A stretch of 61,095 bases of DNA, filler included, from Basidiobolus ranarum (lineage: Eukaryota), in the NCBI GenBank assembly GCA_040143965.1. It is 9 parts of 9 records of this genome, joined end to end, with 100 filler letters (N's around TTAATTAATTAA, not from the genome) between each part and the next. Parts side by side here need not be neighbours in the genome. Positions count along the whole stretch, not along the records: positions 47,635 to 54,315 come from JASJQH010008143.1; positions 54,416 to 61,095 come from JASJQH010008144.1; 7 more parts are not named here. One strand, written 5' to 3'. Made by a program: the position numbers and the translations under genes. This document shows, piece by piece, positions 47,535-60,022 of this stretch (position 1 is the first letter of the stretch; the number at the start of each line of letters is the position of its first letter). The notes beneath the pieces were generated by a model that had not been told where the DNA came from, did no database searches, and saw nothing but the letters and a program-made list of their open reading frames with translations.

Positions 47535-47634
47535 NNNNNNNNNNNNNNNNNNNNNNNNNNNNNNNNNNNNNNNNNNNNTTAATTAATTAANNNNNNNNNN
47601 NNNNNNNNNNNNNNNNNNNNNNNNNNNNNNNNNN
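47535..47634. other. Artificial contig spacer
   Basis: N44-TTAATTAATTAA-N44. Confidence 0.99.
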
Positions 47635-49242
47635 TGTTACTTTTCTTCTTAAAGTGCTTTTGACCTTTATAGGAAGGTTTCCCATAGACTATTAAAGCAT
47701 TTTCTTCATTATTTTGGTTGGATCCTCCCTAACAAAAATAGAATCAATTTGATCTGGATTGGATCCACCCTTCTAAGTTGCAAAACCATCAGAGAACCAT
47801 CACGGACTAGATGAGGTTAGATTCACTTGTTGACCAATGGCCTATTTTCAGTTTTATTAATGTTACACTTTGTAGGGAGTTGACGTGAGTCGAACTGGGT
47901 CCCTGACTTTAATATGTAGCCTTAGCACCCGATCGAAGGTCAATAGGTTTCGAACCCATGTTGAGCGCTCCTCAAGAATGTGATTGGTGAGTACGGTCAA
48001 TAATCGCATTTTCAGCATCCTCATTAATCCATAAGTGTACAAGGACCCAGTCCAATATGGTAATGGATATCGGTCGTGACTCTCTTCATCTAAATAAATA
48101 TCAGTGTATCAATATGGGTTGCCTATCCCAAAAAAGAAATTTCAGTGGTTAGATTGTTTATTGTGGAAATGCTTGATCTATCACCATTCACACCTGGCTT
48201 CCACTCTCCAGTTCGATCGGAAAAGTCACCAATGGAGTTCCTTTTGACTTGGACTTTCGGTATTCATTATCTCAAGTATGAAACACTCTTAACGAATCGG
48301 AAATTTTACCCTCGGGGTTGCTACTGAGAACATCATACTCAAAGGAACCAACCTTATCAATGCCATGTCGATGATCGTCCAGTCTGGCCTAAGAGAATGG
48401 AAAAATCAGTAACATGGCCATGACCATTTTGATATTCCAATTTTCAGGTTATGGTAGACATATCCATGGTGATAGGCTCACCAATCATGAACCCAAGTGA
48501 ACCACGGAAAAATATTCGATTCACATAGCACTTCCTTAGAACCCGACTTGGGATGTGGCGAAACATTGACTACTTCCGCATATGTGCCCAATAGTGTAAC
48601 CAGATCGTATAGGATGAAACTGGAACCATACTATGGTATATTACCAACCCATCGTTGGAATTTTCATTCTCTGCTCTGCTCAGCATCATGTCATATTGGG
48701 AATCACATCAACCTCATTATATTCGTGTTTGTTATGATGCATTCGAGGCCCTTCTTACGTCTTGGTTCCATTGATGAATAAGAGGTTTGCTTTCTCGGTG
48801 TACAAAATCTTTTAATTTGAGTTGGAAAGTGAATATACGAATAGGAGTCATGATGGCACAACTCCTTTGGGCCTGAATATTTAACCTTCATGGAGAGTTA
48901 ATATGGATGATATCGAAGGGGAAATGGGGCAGAGGAAGAGGAGGGAGATGATGTAGCTGGATGGAAATGAAAGGAGAGGGAGGAAGTTGCTCACTTCTAT
49001 GTTGCTGCTATAATAAAGTAATCGATGGCGATCAAATGTCCCTTCTCCCCCCTACGGAGGAATGAGTCAAGCCCTTTGAACTCCTGTATGGAGTTAAAAA
49101 TAAGAGTATCATAGATTGCAAGAGATATATGAAATAGGCGAATTTTCGTAGAATGTTTGCTTCCTTAGCAACGAAACTTCATCTATAGAATTGTCTAGAA
49201 GTAGGTGCTCGTGGGGAGAGGAATCTAAATTGGGAAGATAGA

Positions 49243-50129
49243 TCAATGCTCTCCTGGTCTTCGAAGAGAAAGCTTCATGCCTTGTTTAGAGAACCAATTA
49301 GATAGAGGAGTCACTTCTGATGATCGTTACCAATTTGAATATTAGTAAAGTGTATCTAGGGACTTTAGAGAGGTATCAGCTCTTACCTGTCATCCCTGGA
49401 AAGCTTCGTGGCTGGTAAACAGTGAATGGCTCACTAAATACATGAGTAAGCATACTGTTTTGCCCTCCTCTCCAGACACTTGTTGAAGACGATCAATTAG
49501 TATCAGTAATGGTCAATTCATTGTAATTTGGTAATCCAATTTTTACTTACCTCATGAGATCCCAAAGACTAAATTTCAACCTGAATGTTCCTTCCACTCT
49601 AACGGAAAGATCTGGAAATAGAAAGAATATACCAGGCTCCCCATTAATATGCTTTAATTGATAAGCCGAAGAAATGGTGGATCCAATTAAATTGCGAACG
49701 TTAACGGGCCCAGCAAGAGACATGACTGATGAGCCATGTTGATCGTTCGTTGGTGTGGTTGGTATAGACGCCGGATTTGTAACCACGTTGCAGTCCTGGT
49801 TAAAGTCGACAGACCAAAGATCTGCATGCACAACTAAACCTGATGTATCGGATTTACTATTTTATAAAGAAACATTTTCAGTTAAAGGTGATGAGACTAG
49901 TTGGTCACTAAAATAAACCTTCTACCTAGTGTTGGAAGACTCTTCATCGTCGAACTCTTTGAGTCGCAGTATGGGTAATGGTCCTACAAGTCTACGGTCT
50001 TTGTCGCCAAAGCCACACATACGTGCCCGCATTGGCTGTTGCAATATTTCCAGTGCATATCTATCAAGTGAGAGAAGGTTAATCTTCAAAGAAGCGAAAT
50101 TAGAGCAAGAACTGACAATACCGTGTCAT
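49243..50129 (-). CDS. Velvet-domain protein (VelB/VosA/VelC-like), compact, 5 exons
   Basis: MTR|YALEILQQPMRARMCGFGDKDRR...PILRL; VHADLWS; RNLIGSTISSAYQL...GIFFLFPDLSVRVEGTFRLKFSL; VFSEPFTVYQPRSFPGMT|EVTPLSNWFSKQGMKLSLRR, then TGA at 49243-49245. Confidence 0.92.
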
Positions 50130-53100
50130 ATTTATTTTGAGACTTCCTTTATGGCGAAGTCTGATATCTTCAGTAAGTAAATAATAGAGTGCAGTAAAAT
50201 CAGCAAGAATCAATCGGCCTGCAAGGAAAAATACAATGATTGACTAGAAAAAGTTGAAGTAAGAGAAGGAAAATGAGCAAATTTATAACTACAGATAGGA
50301 ATGCTATCCACTACAAAACCAAAAGGAGTACGACTCGTCGCTGCTTCTTAACTGAATGAAACAGTGCCTAGAAAGGAAATGGAGAAACGAAATCAATGAT
50401 GAAGTGGATGTTTTTACCTACAATTCTGTAAAGATTACCTAAACAAGAGTGGCGTACCAAAACGCTACCTTTTTTTCGGGTTTGACCATGTATTTCAAGT
50501 GAATGCTGCTGGGACTTGTATCCCCTGTCACAGATTAGGCATATCGTTATGGCTCATCGAGTTGAGTTAATAGTGGAACGATAAACATAGAAGCGGTGTT
50601 AGTATCCTTAGCATATGTATATGGAAATCGGAGATGCAGCAAGTTCACCAAATCTGGTTCCAACAGGGAAACCATATTTGCAACTGTGGCCTGACAATAA
50701 GTTCACTTGTCACATGTGTACGAATCAAGGCAAAAGTAAACGGAAATGGAACGAGCACTCCCTGAAAGCGATACAGCTAAACTTGGAGGACTATCAGTGG
50801 ACAGCCATTAACATCGCGAAATACTAGTCACTAGGAATATTCAGAAGAGGGCTCTATGAGTGAATGGATCTCTGCACCCGACAGCCATTTCTTGGGCAAG
50901 TTGAACCTGCGTGGTGGAAGTTATATGAATTTTGTTAGTACAACGACATTATGTGACGTTGTCAGCAACACGGGTTCAATACAAGAAGCACGCACAACAA
51001 AAGATTTCCGGGAGAAATTAGGAAACTGCCCATATTTTAGATGGTAATGAAAGGTCCGATTGGCGGATAATGAAGGTGTTGTGAAAGAAGATTATCTACA
51101 TGGCTGATTCGATCAAAGCTAATGGTTGGCTCATGTTCTAGATTATCTAATTAGTTGCCAGCAGTGAAGTAGTGGAAAATCACTTCATCCCAAAAACAAA
51201 TGAATCCTCAAGAAATGACTAGACTTGAAGATCGTGATTGTATCACCACCAGCTCAGCACAGCATGCTACTGTACCACCACAAAAGTCTTAATCACTCTC
51301 GGAGGGGATTTTAATGGAAACAGATGGCACCCAATACATTCGGTGCTATTAGGTCACAACCATGTATCGTGTAGAAACGCGAAGCAATCTTGGTACAGCT
51401 TCTTATATAGTATTACTAAACTAGTTCAGTGTAATATAGGCTTCAAGCAACACCAGTAGTCTTTCAAATGACTACATGGTTTGTAGCTATGCTTGGTTTC
51501 AAATCTCAAGAGATATCGGCCCCAAGATGGCTACCGATACTTGGCAAGCTCATCAGGGCTGATCTCTCACTACTGGATCATTTTAAAGTTGTAACTTTGA
51601 CATATGCTGAGAGGAGTGATTGGCAATTCCCAGAACGTTCCTGACTCAAAATACGCTTGCCTTTTTCTTGACCAAAATACCGTGACGAAAACAAGAGAAG
51701 TGAAACAATTCTGGTAGCTAATTCTTGTTATATATGGATTTCTGTAACCGGTTGCACTCAGCAGTATATTATTTGGAGTGTTTCATGCCTGCGGCTAATG
51801 AGCACACCTTTTTCCAATTATACGGAGACAGTATACTATAAACATTACCAGCTTTGACTAAAATATACGTTGGTGTAACACACCGACCGGTGAAAGTGCA
51901 TCGAGGTAACCAACGAAATAAAGTATGCGGGTACCAAATTAGTCCAACATTAAATACTAGGCCTTAAGATGTGGTTTTTCTGGGCTCAAACGCAACTGAT
52001 TGGCAGAAGTGTTCGTTTTAGTGAGTTGAGATAAATTAGTAATGGTTGAACTAGACAGTGATAGTAGTACCGCTTCAATTAGCCAAACTAGGTCAGAACT
52101 TGAACCCACTCTCCAGAGCGTCAGAATGGAACTAGTGTGCTGAATAAATGTAACTCATCCACTTTTGAGTGTCACGCCAATTGGCCATAGGCTATAAATC
52201 TCTCACTTGCTAGAAATCTACAATACTAAATATGGTCCATCGAGTAAAGGTGAATTTTTTGATATTAAGATAACTTATGGAACTACCGTAGGCAATAGAA
52301 TGAGACCCAGTCATATAGCCTTGGTAGATTATGAGTGGTATTTAGAAAGATTGTTTGCTCTTATGGATAAAATTATGGAGGTATCTGGAAAGGTATTTCG
52401 ATCAAAACATAATACAGAATCGCTTCATCACTAGATTTGAGAATATGTCATCTTTAGTTCGGAAATGCTTTTAGTTACTATATTACTATTATTGCCATCT
52501 ATCATGGGCATCTGTAACTTTATAATACAAAAACCTGGACAGTACTGCCAAGTGTCATCAAAGAATCTAATAGCGCCGATCCTTGTATTGCTGTGTAGGC
52601 CAACTGTTCAAACCAGCTCACTACAACTTTTGTAACATCATCTATATTCACACCGAAAACTAGTGATAGGGATTCCAGTACCAAATGCTCAAGAACCTTT
52701 TAACTCATGAATTCATCATACACTGCTCTAGACCTGAGAGCTGATATTTGGAGCTACCATACGCCTGAGGGTGGCGAGTTCAGTTCAGAAGATATCCCAC
52801 AGCTATCCTGCCATGCGGAGTATGATGTATTTGTTTACAAGACCAAATTTATGGTTAAAGTCAATCTTGGGCTCTCTGGATAAGGCTATTTTCTAGCATG
52901 AATCTGTATGATCAAAATCGATTTTTGGCATAAATTGATTTACAGTATTTCATGCTGATTTCCAGGCTGTGATACGTTTACAGCTACAACACACAAGTGT
53001 TAAACGTCTTATAATCCTGTATTTGCTCCCAAGAAACTAATCAGTGCAGGAGTAAATATTTGAAGCCTTGTGACATATACCAGTACGCATAACTGTTCTT

Positions 53101-54190
53101 TTTTTGTCAGTACCCAATAAAACAGTTTTGGTATGATACTTCCACTACTCTTGGTCATGATATCTACATTTGTACTCATTGCCATCAGTGAACTGGTTTT
53201 GAGCTCTACATGTTTTTAACTCATAATTATGCATCGTTGGTTATATCTTTAAATATCTTGTAACATGGATCCAAACTTCTTATATTATGGTTTTGGTCCT
53301 TATCATTCCAAGTTTTGTGTTAACATTACTCGCATCAATCTGTACCGTTGACTAATAATGAATGTGAGTCTACCAAATCAACAGAATTTCAGCCTAGTAA
53401 TTTTTCCACTTTTGCAGCTCTACTGTTCTTTACAGATGCAAAGAGGATATTTTTTATTGACAATACCTACATTTATGAGGACTCTTGAGGTAATTTTTTC
53501 AATTGAAGCTCCCATAATTCATTGTATGTTCATCAGAAAAAATGATATTAGAGAAAGTTATTAACAGATATTTGCTCCGCATTTCTGTGAGTGAAAAATA
53601 TATGCATCAGAGCTTGATGTGTTCCATAGTACATTGCTGATATTTTGATTTGTTTGACACAATACAGTAGAATTTAGTTAGTTTAAGCAAATACTTGATA
53701 CCTACATTAAATCAGTAACAGTTACAAGAAAGATTCTGGTGGCATCTATAGGAATACTGAATAACCTCTCTTTCCTACAAAAACTTTGGCACTCAAGTAG
53801 AAGTTCTGAGAAATTAAGTCTTTATTTATCAGATAAGTATTTATCACATGACTTGAAAATGAATATGCAGTTGTTTATGCAGATAAAGAAAAATTATAAA
53901 CAGGCAGTATTCTGAGCATCCCTGGAGTTTACTCGATTTAACCTCCGCAAGTAAACACTGAGAAAATTGTAAGCATGAAGAAAACTAGATATGTTTCACA
54001 ACAGGGTTTATGAGCATCCAAGGTGGCCAGAATCATGGCTATTCAACAGATAAATGTATTCATTTTTTGACAGGTGCTCAAAAAGAGACCTCTGAACCTA
54101 AGCAGTAGAAAAGCAATAAAGGTATCATAGAGTTCACTCAGCCTATTTATTCTCAATTACATCGTGCGCAAGCTATACCAAGGTGGAATG

Positions 54191-54315
54191 TGTTGAAGTA
54201 GCTTGGGAGTGTCTGGAAGTGTTTTAGAGAACAATGATAGTTGGTGGGTTTCAATAACTCATTTATTGAGTGGAAGTTTGTTAGTAGCGGTTTGGAGAAC
54301 TAGAAGAATAGATTG
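54191..54315 (-). repeat. 3' end of a diverged LTR related to family B
   Basis: Reverse complement aacttccactcaataaat...aaacccaccaa...aacacttcca...ctcccaagctacttcaaca parallels the end of 27826-28173. Confidence 0.6.
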
Positions 54316-54415
54316 NNNNNNNNNNNNNNNNNNNNNNNNNNNNNNNNNNNNNNNNNNNNTTAATTAATTAANNNNNNNNNNNNNNNNNNNNNNNNNNNNN
54401 NNNNNNNNNNNNNNN
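54316..54415. other. Artificial contig spacer
   Basis: N44-TTAATTAATTAA-N44. Confidence 0.99.
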
Positions 54416-55532
54416 CTATCTTGGCGCTTTTAATCTCTGCACCTATAGCTGCTTCATTTTTAGGATGGCAGTGGATTTTCTACGTTTTTGCACTGATGGG
54501 ATTCGCATGGAATATCCCTTGGTACATACTCAGTGCTAGTTCTCCTGAACAATGGATTGGTTCCTCTTCATCTGATTCCGGTTATAATAAAGAACTTGGC
54601 CAGAGTTTCTCTACTTACACACGTGTAAATAACGAGGATGAGCGTGATGGTTTCCGCCAAAGATCTCAACATCAAGATGAGCTAGAGGATGGTAATGAAG
54701 AGCTACCACTTCCTAGCGAAAATATTTCTGGGATAGAAAATGAAATTGCGCCTCATCCCTCTGCTAAATATCGCGGATTTATTTCCTCTGACAATACAAT
54801 TCCTTGGAACGAAATACTCTCGTCTAAAGAAGTATGGGCTATATTACTGAACCAGTTTTGTAGTTCATGGGGATTCTATGTGTTGTTAAGCTGGTTACCC
54901 ACATATTATAAAGATGTGTTTGATGTAGATCTCAACGAGTTGGGTTATTTCTCTGGTAAGGAAAACAGTACCAGTTGATGTGTTTCGAAAAGCTAACACC
55001 TTTCCATAGTTTTGCCTTATATTGTCCAAGGTTTAGTTGGACTGGCCAGTGGGTTTGTCGGCGACTATGCTATCAATGAACTAGATATACCGATAATCAC
55101 TGTCCGTCGAATTGCCCAATGTACTGGCATGATAGGGCCTGCGATATTCCTATTATTAGCAGGCTACACCGCTACTTCTGTTACCACTGGGATGATCTAC
55201 ATCTCTTTAGCATTAGGCTTTAACTCTTTGACTTTAATTGGAGTATCCATTTCACAGCTAGACATCGCTCCCAAGTATGCAGGAATCATTTTCGGGCTTG
55301 GAAATACTGCTGCTACGTTACCTGGTAAGCCAAAAGCCATTTCATCAGAATATATTAAACAATATAACTTACACAAGCTTTTACAGGGATTTTAGGTGTA
55401 ACAGTAACTGGAGTTTTATTAGAGTCCAAGGGAGCTTGGCCACTTGTATTCGGCCTTGCTGCAATCTTTTACATTGCTGGTGCCTTGATATGGCTCTTCT
55501 GGGGAGGTGGAGATCGTGTCGTCATAAATTAA
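54416..55532 (+). CDS. MFS transporter, anion:cation symporter (SLC17/sialin-like); 5'-truncated, 3 exons
   Basis: GWQWIFYVF..MGFAW, IPWNEILSSKEVWAI...WGFYVLLSWLPTYY, LPY, TVRRI, LDIAPKYAGIIFGLGNTAATLPG|ILG...W..VF. Introns ~54956-55009 and ~55325-55387. Confidence 0.9.
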
Positions 55533-55845
55533 AAGAATGTCTTGTTATATTTGAGATAAACTATAGCTCCCTTTAAATATCATCCATGTTCTTGCTACAG
55601 ATTAAATTATGAATATCTTATTTGCTCAATATGCTTAAGACGAGGGTCTAGTTATATGTTACCTTTTGGTGATTAATTTTTTTTGCCATCTTTGTTAAAG
55701 TTCCTGACTGCGCAGTTTTACAAATCTATTCCGTGACTTGTTCCTGATCAACAATTATCCTATCATAAGAGATTTGGTGTGGCGCAGTGACTATTGAACG
55801 CACTTATAACCATCAGACATCAGACTAGCTTTGATAACTATTAAT

Positions 55846-56714
55846 ATGATAACCAGAAGCATGGCGAGAGCCGAAACCTTATCCTTTCTAAAGACCGGAG
55901 AATCCACCGACCTTAAGCCCGATTCTCTCGTAAGTAAGCTTTGCTAGTTCGGAGTAGAGTGAATTTCAATGCCTTGCTAAGATGACTAACTTCGACGCTT
56001 ATTGTAATTCATATATATCAAGACGATTAACACTCCATCACAAAGTAAACAAAGATTGTCCAATCATTTCAAACAGAGAAAACATGTTCCTAGTAAGACT
56101 GAAGGCAAAGAAAGATCTCTCAAGAAGAAAGCACCGACAATTAACCACTTGGAGATAAAGGATAGAATGGTAGCAGAGCTCGGCCTGCCATCAGTACCTT
56201 TCCATACAATCGAAGAATGGGGATTTTCCCCATATTGTTTTATACAAGAGAAATTGGCCAGTGATACGTGGAAAATGCTGGTTTCTACTATATTCCTGAA
56301 TCGGACACGAGGAAAAACCGCAATCCCTATATTAGCACAATTCTTCACGCTATTTCCGACACCGAATGATGCTTCAAAGGGTAAGTGTTACACATCATCA
56401 TCATCTGAATCTGTCGAATACTCATCCACCCTCTTGGCTTATCAACCTTAGCTGACGAAAGAGTCATTTCAAGTATAATGCAGCCTTTGGGATTGCATCG
56501 TACACGAGCAAAAAGAATAGTTCGACTTTCACAAGATTTTCTTGAAAATGAAACTTGGTCCAAGCCTTCGGAACTTTATGGAATTGGGAAATATGGTGAT
56601 GATTCATATGTGTTATTTTGTACGAAAAGTGATGCATGGAAAGATTTAACACCTGAAGATGTACAGCTGAAAAAATACTTGGATTGGAGATGGAGCCTGA
56701 TGAAGACCAAATAG
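55846..56714 (+). CDS. MBD4: MBD4-like HhH-GPD DNA glycosylase (catalytic domain only), 3 exons
   Basis: SPYCFIQEKL..DTWKMLVSTIFLNRTRG..AIP...FF..FPTP; QPLGL...RAKRI; ELYGIGKYGDDSY.LFC; W....PED..LKKY.DW, the MBD4 signature with the catalytic Asp retained. Introns ~55930-56021 and ~56381-56451. Confidence 0.9.
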
Positions 56715-57725
56715 AATTAGAATAACAGTATGTATTATGCAATACGGGAAGACAATATCAAGTTTACTGAATAGCTATAGTTGACAACATTGTTATGGAG
56801 CTAAATCTTCGAAAATTACCCTCCCTCAGGTCTGTTATCATTCAGCTTTAAAGAACATCTATGATTTTCCTTATGACTTTGATGATAACACTCGTTAAGA
56901 ATCTGATGAGCTGAAGGAATTCTATACTGTATTCAAACTAAATAAAGCGTTGAATAAATCAGAGCAGTAAATTAAAGTCATCTATTTTGAGACAGCAAAA
57001 GATGGTATGTTCTTTATCGTTTACATCAAAGAACAAATCTCTGTTTCATCTATCTCTCGAGTACTCGTTAGCATATGATAATGCATACATTTAGTGAAGT
57101 AATAGCTGAAAATGCAGTTAATGGATTAAAGAACTCCTCATTGGGGGTACAGAACCAGGTTAAACAATTGGAGATTCTTACCTTTGTTGCAATATTCTCA
57201 ACAGGTATTCAAACCAGAAAAGCATAAAAGTAAGCACATGGCCTTCATTATTATTATAGCATTTGTATTTCTTTCAGGTATAGAACAACTATGCAAGGTT
57301 TTGTTAAGTACATCTCTTCATTTCAGATGAAATAACTTGAGAAATCAACTCTCTTATGGAAATTACATATGCATCATACAGCTGGAGGATGTTGAAAAGC
57401 AATATCCTGAAAATGAACCAACTAAGCAAAGGGTATATTTAATTTAAAATTTAGAAATGATTGTGAAATAGAATTATGGTTAAAGTGCGAGACCACATTG
57501 GAAATTTTAGTGATTATTCTCTAGTTCTCCAATTACGATTAGCTAAATTAAGGGTTACTTATTTTTCCTACAAACTATAAAAGAAATTGGATAATATTCG
57601 GCAGAAATTTATTTTATCTTTTCTTCACTTCATAGTGTCACGACTATCGCACCTCCTTTAAGTAATAGTTGCATTCGTATTCTATTTTTTCTTTCCCCTT
57701 TTTTTTTTACTTTTAGAGAAGTTCA

Positions 57726-58858
57726 ATGTCTACCATCGAAGAAGAATTCGCTAATCTCGCGCCACCGGAAAATTTTGACTGGGATGAATCTGCTTTAGGG
57801 AACGAGTAAGCCGATCGTTTCGACTCCCGACTGTTGACGAAAATGCAATACCAATGTAGATTCTAATTGTTAATAATATGTACTCCATTTAGCGTTGATC
57901 TCCCACCTGAGTTGCGTCCACTCTCCCCCTCTAACGAATCTGAAACGCCCAAAATTTCAACTATTCCAGTGAGTGATAAGACCGAGATCGAAAACCAAGA
58001 AACCACTACCCCAGCGGAGCAAGTGGAGTCAAACGATAAGGTTACTGCTAGTAATGAGGTTAAAGTGGCTCCGATCCAAGCTTCAGAAGATGACGAAGAA
58101 AAAAGAAAGCAAAGAGCTCTCAGATTTGGCATTCCACTATCTGATACTGATAAAGTGGTACAGAGAGCGAAACGATTTGGTATTCCTATGACACAAGAAG
58201 CTCAAGAGCCAAAAAAACAAAAAACCAATAAGATTGAGACTCAAAAAACTGAACAAAAGACCGATAAAATAGAGGAAATTGAGCGGGCTATCAAACGGGC
58301 TGAAAGATTTGGTGTTCCATTGACTGAGGAACAAAAGGCAGCTAGACGTGCGTTGAGATTTGGGCTTCCTGTACCTGACGAATCAGTTAAAAAGAATCCA
58401 GTATCCAACAAACAAAAGGCTAAACAAAACGTCACTCCGAAAAACAAGCAGGCTATAAATGGTGAGTTCAATTCGATTGCATACACTCTGTTTTCAATTC
58501 GTTAACTCTTCATATAGATAAAAAACCAAAAACCACCACCAACAAGCCTACTGCCGCTAACGCAAAACCCTCGAATCAAAAGAATGTGCAAGCAGCCAAG
58601 CAAAAAAACGCTAAACAACAGCAAACTAATACACAAAAAGCTAAAACTCTAACGGTTTGTTTCTTTGCTCCAACAATTGATGTACTTCAGCTTATTTACT
58701 AATTATTATTTTAAATTTAGAGCGTAGACCAAGAAGCTCTGAAGAAACGACAAGCGCGATTTGGACCCATTGATGCCAAGGAACAGGCACAAGTTTCTCA
58801 AACCAAAAAGAAGCGTTCCGGCCGTTTCGCTGGAAACAAAAACAAGAAAGCAGAGTAA
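57726..58858 (+). CDS. Tho1/SARNP/MOS11-like mRNP export factor (RxxRFG repeats), 4 exons
   Basis: EEKRKQRALRFG, RAKRFG, RAERFG, RALRFG and KKRQARFG; GT-AG introns; stop TAA at 58856-58858. No SAP domain visible. Confidence 0.75.
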
Positions 58859-60022
58859 TTTGCCAATCTTTCGATTAGTTAAATTGAATAAATATTCCAT
58901 TTCTTTTGTAGATATTTATCTCATAAAATTTTGATTTCTTCACGTTAAGCATTATTACCTCACTTTACTCGAACATCAACAATAAATAGAGTTTATCTAG
59001 TGTTTTCAAAATTAATCGCTTTCCAGAGGGAAGGTGTTGCCATTAACCACATAAGAAGCATTCAATCAATAAATTAGCAAATAGAATAATATAATAATAC
59101 TCAATAATTTCTTTTTTAGATTTCTGTATCTTGCTTGATATTTCCTCACTATTTCCAAACCTATTCATAGCCCACTACTCAAAGCAAACAGCACGATAGA
59201 ACCAAGCAAAGGTCTTGAAGTTATGAATAATAAGTAGTTCTCAACTCCAGAGCTTCAGAGAGCCATTCTATAGTGTTGTTTGCTAAGGTTCTGACAGTGA
59301 CGCTAATTTCATAAGAACTCCATATCAACAACATCCCGTTATTATAGAATACACAACTGGAATATGTGGAAACCTGATCGTTTCCAACAAAAGCAGATCG
59401 TAGTGTGTTTCACTCATTGTAGAATACGTCACATGTATTACCCTCAAGTTCCCTATCATTTCCTAAGCGAATCTCTTACATGTGCGGCTTGTGAAGCCAT
59501 TAGTCACCCCACTACATAAATTCAAACCATCCACTGCCGCCCATTGTGTAACTTGTAACATGTAAACAGCACAAGGTACACGATACTATTTTTTACAAGA
59601 TGCACGACTTGACTGTAATTTAAAATGATCTCATTGAAAAAGCAAATAGAGTTGGAGATATATAATGAACACAAATAAAATAGATGTAACCTACTTTTTG
59701 TAGTTGAAAACAATTCCCCCAAACATTGTATGACAAACCAATTGCTTCCAGCGATTCAGGTATTTATGTGCTTATGCTCTCTCCACTACTGGTTGCTGAA
59801 TATTGCGTGCATTTCCATCAGTGAGTAATTCAAAATTTCTTGGTTTATATTTAATAATATTATATTTTAGTTTATACCCTAAACCATGAAACTTACAAAA
59901 CCATGACTGATTGATTATGTTGCAATATACATATATGGATAAACAATCTAAGTGTTTGGGTGTTAATATTAGAGCAGCTGAAGTGAACGTGACAATAACT
60001 AACAAATTGGAGGGTAGAATAT

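Noticed and set aside
47880..47965. tRNA gene or tRNA-derived SINE (ATGGGTTCGAAACCTAT T-arm-like hairpin and a second GTTCGA on the minus strand)
   Set aside because: No D-loop, anticodon arm or acceptor stem could be built.
47635..48900. Coding-like minus-strand stretch downstream of the velvet gene as a C-terminal extension
   Set aside because: The velvet ORF stops at 49243 and all frames here contain many stops; no family recognised.
53890..54040. Integrase H2C2 zinc-finger relic (HDSGHLG...C..C, minus strand)
   Set aside because: No integrase core could be followed downstream; insufficient support.
44873..56714. TauD + velvet + MFS + MBD4 as one gene cluster
   Set aside because: The genes lie on three different contigs separated by artificial spacers.
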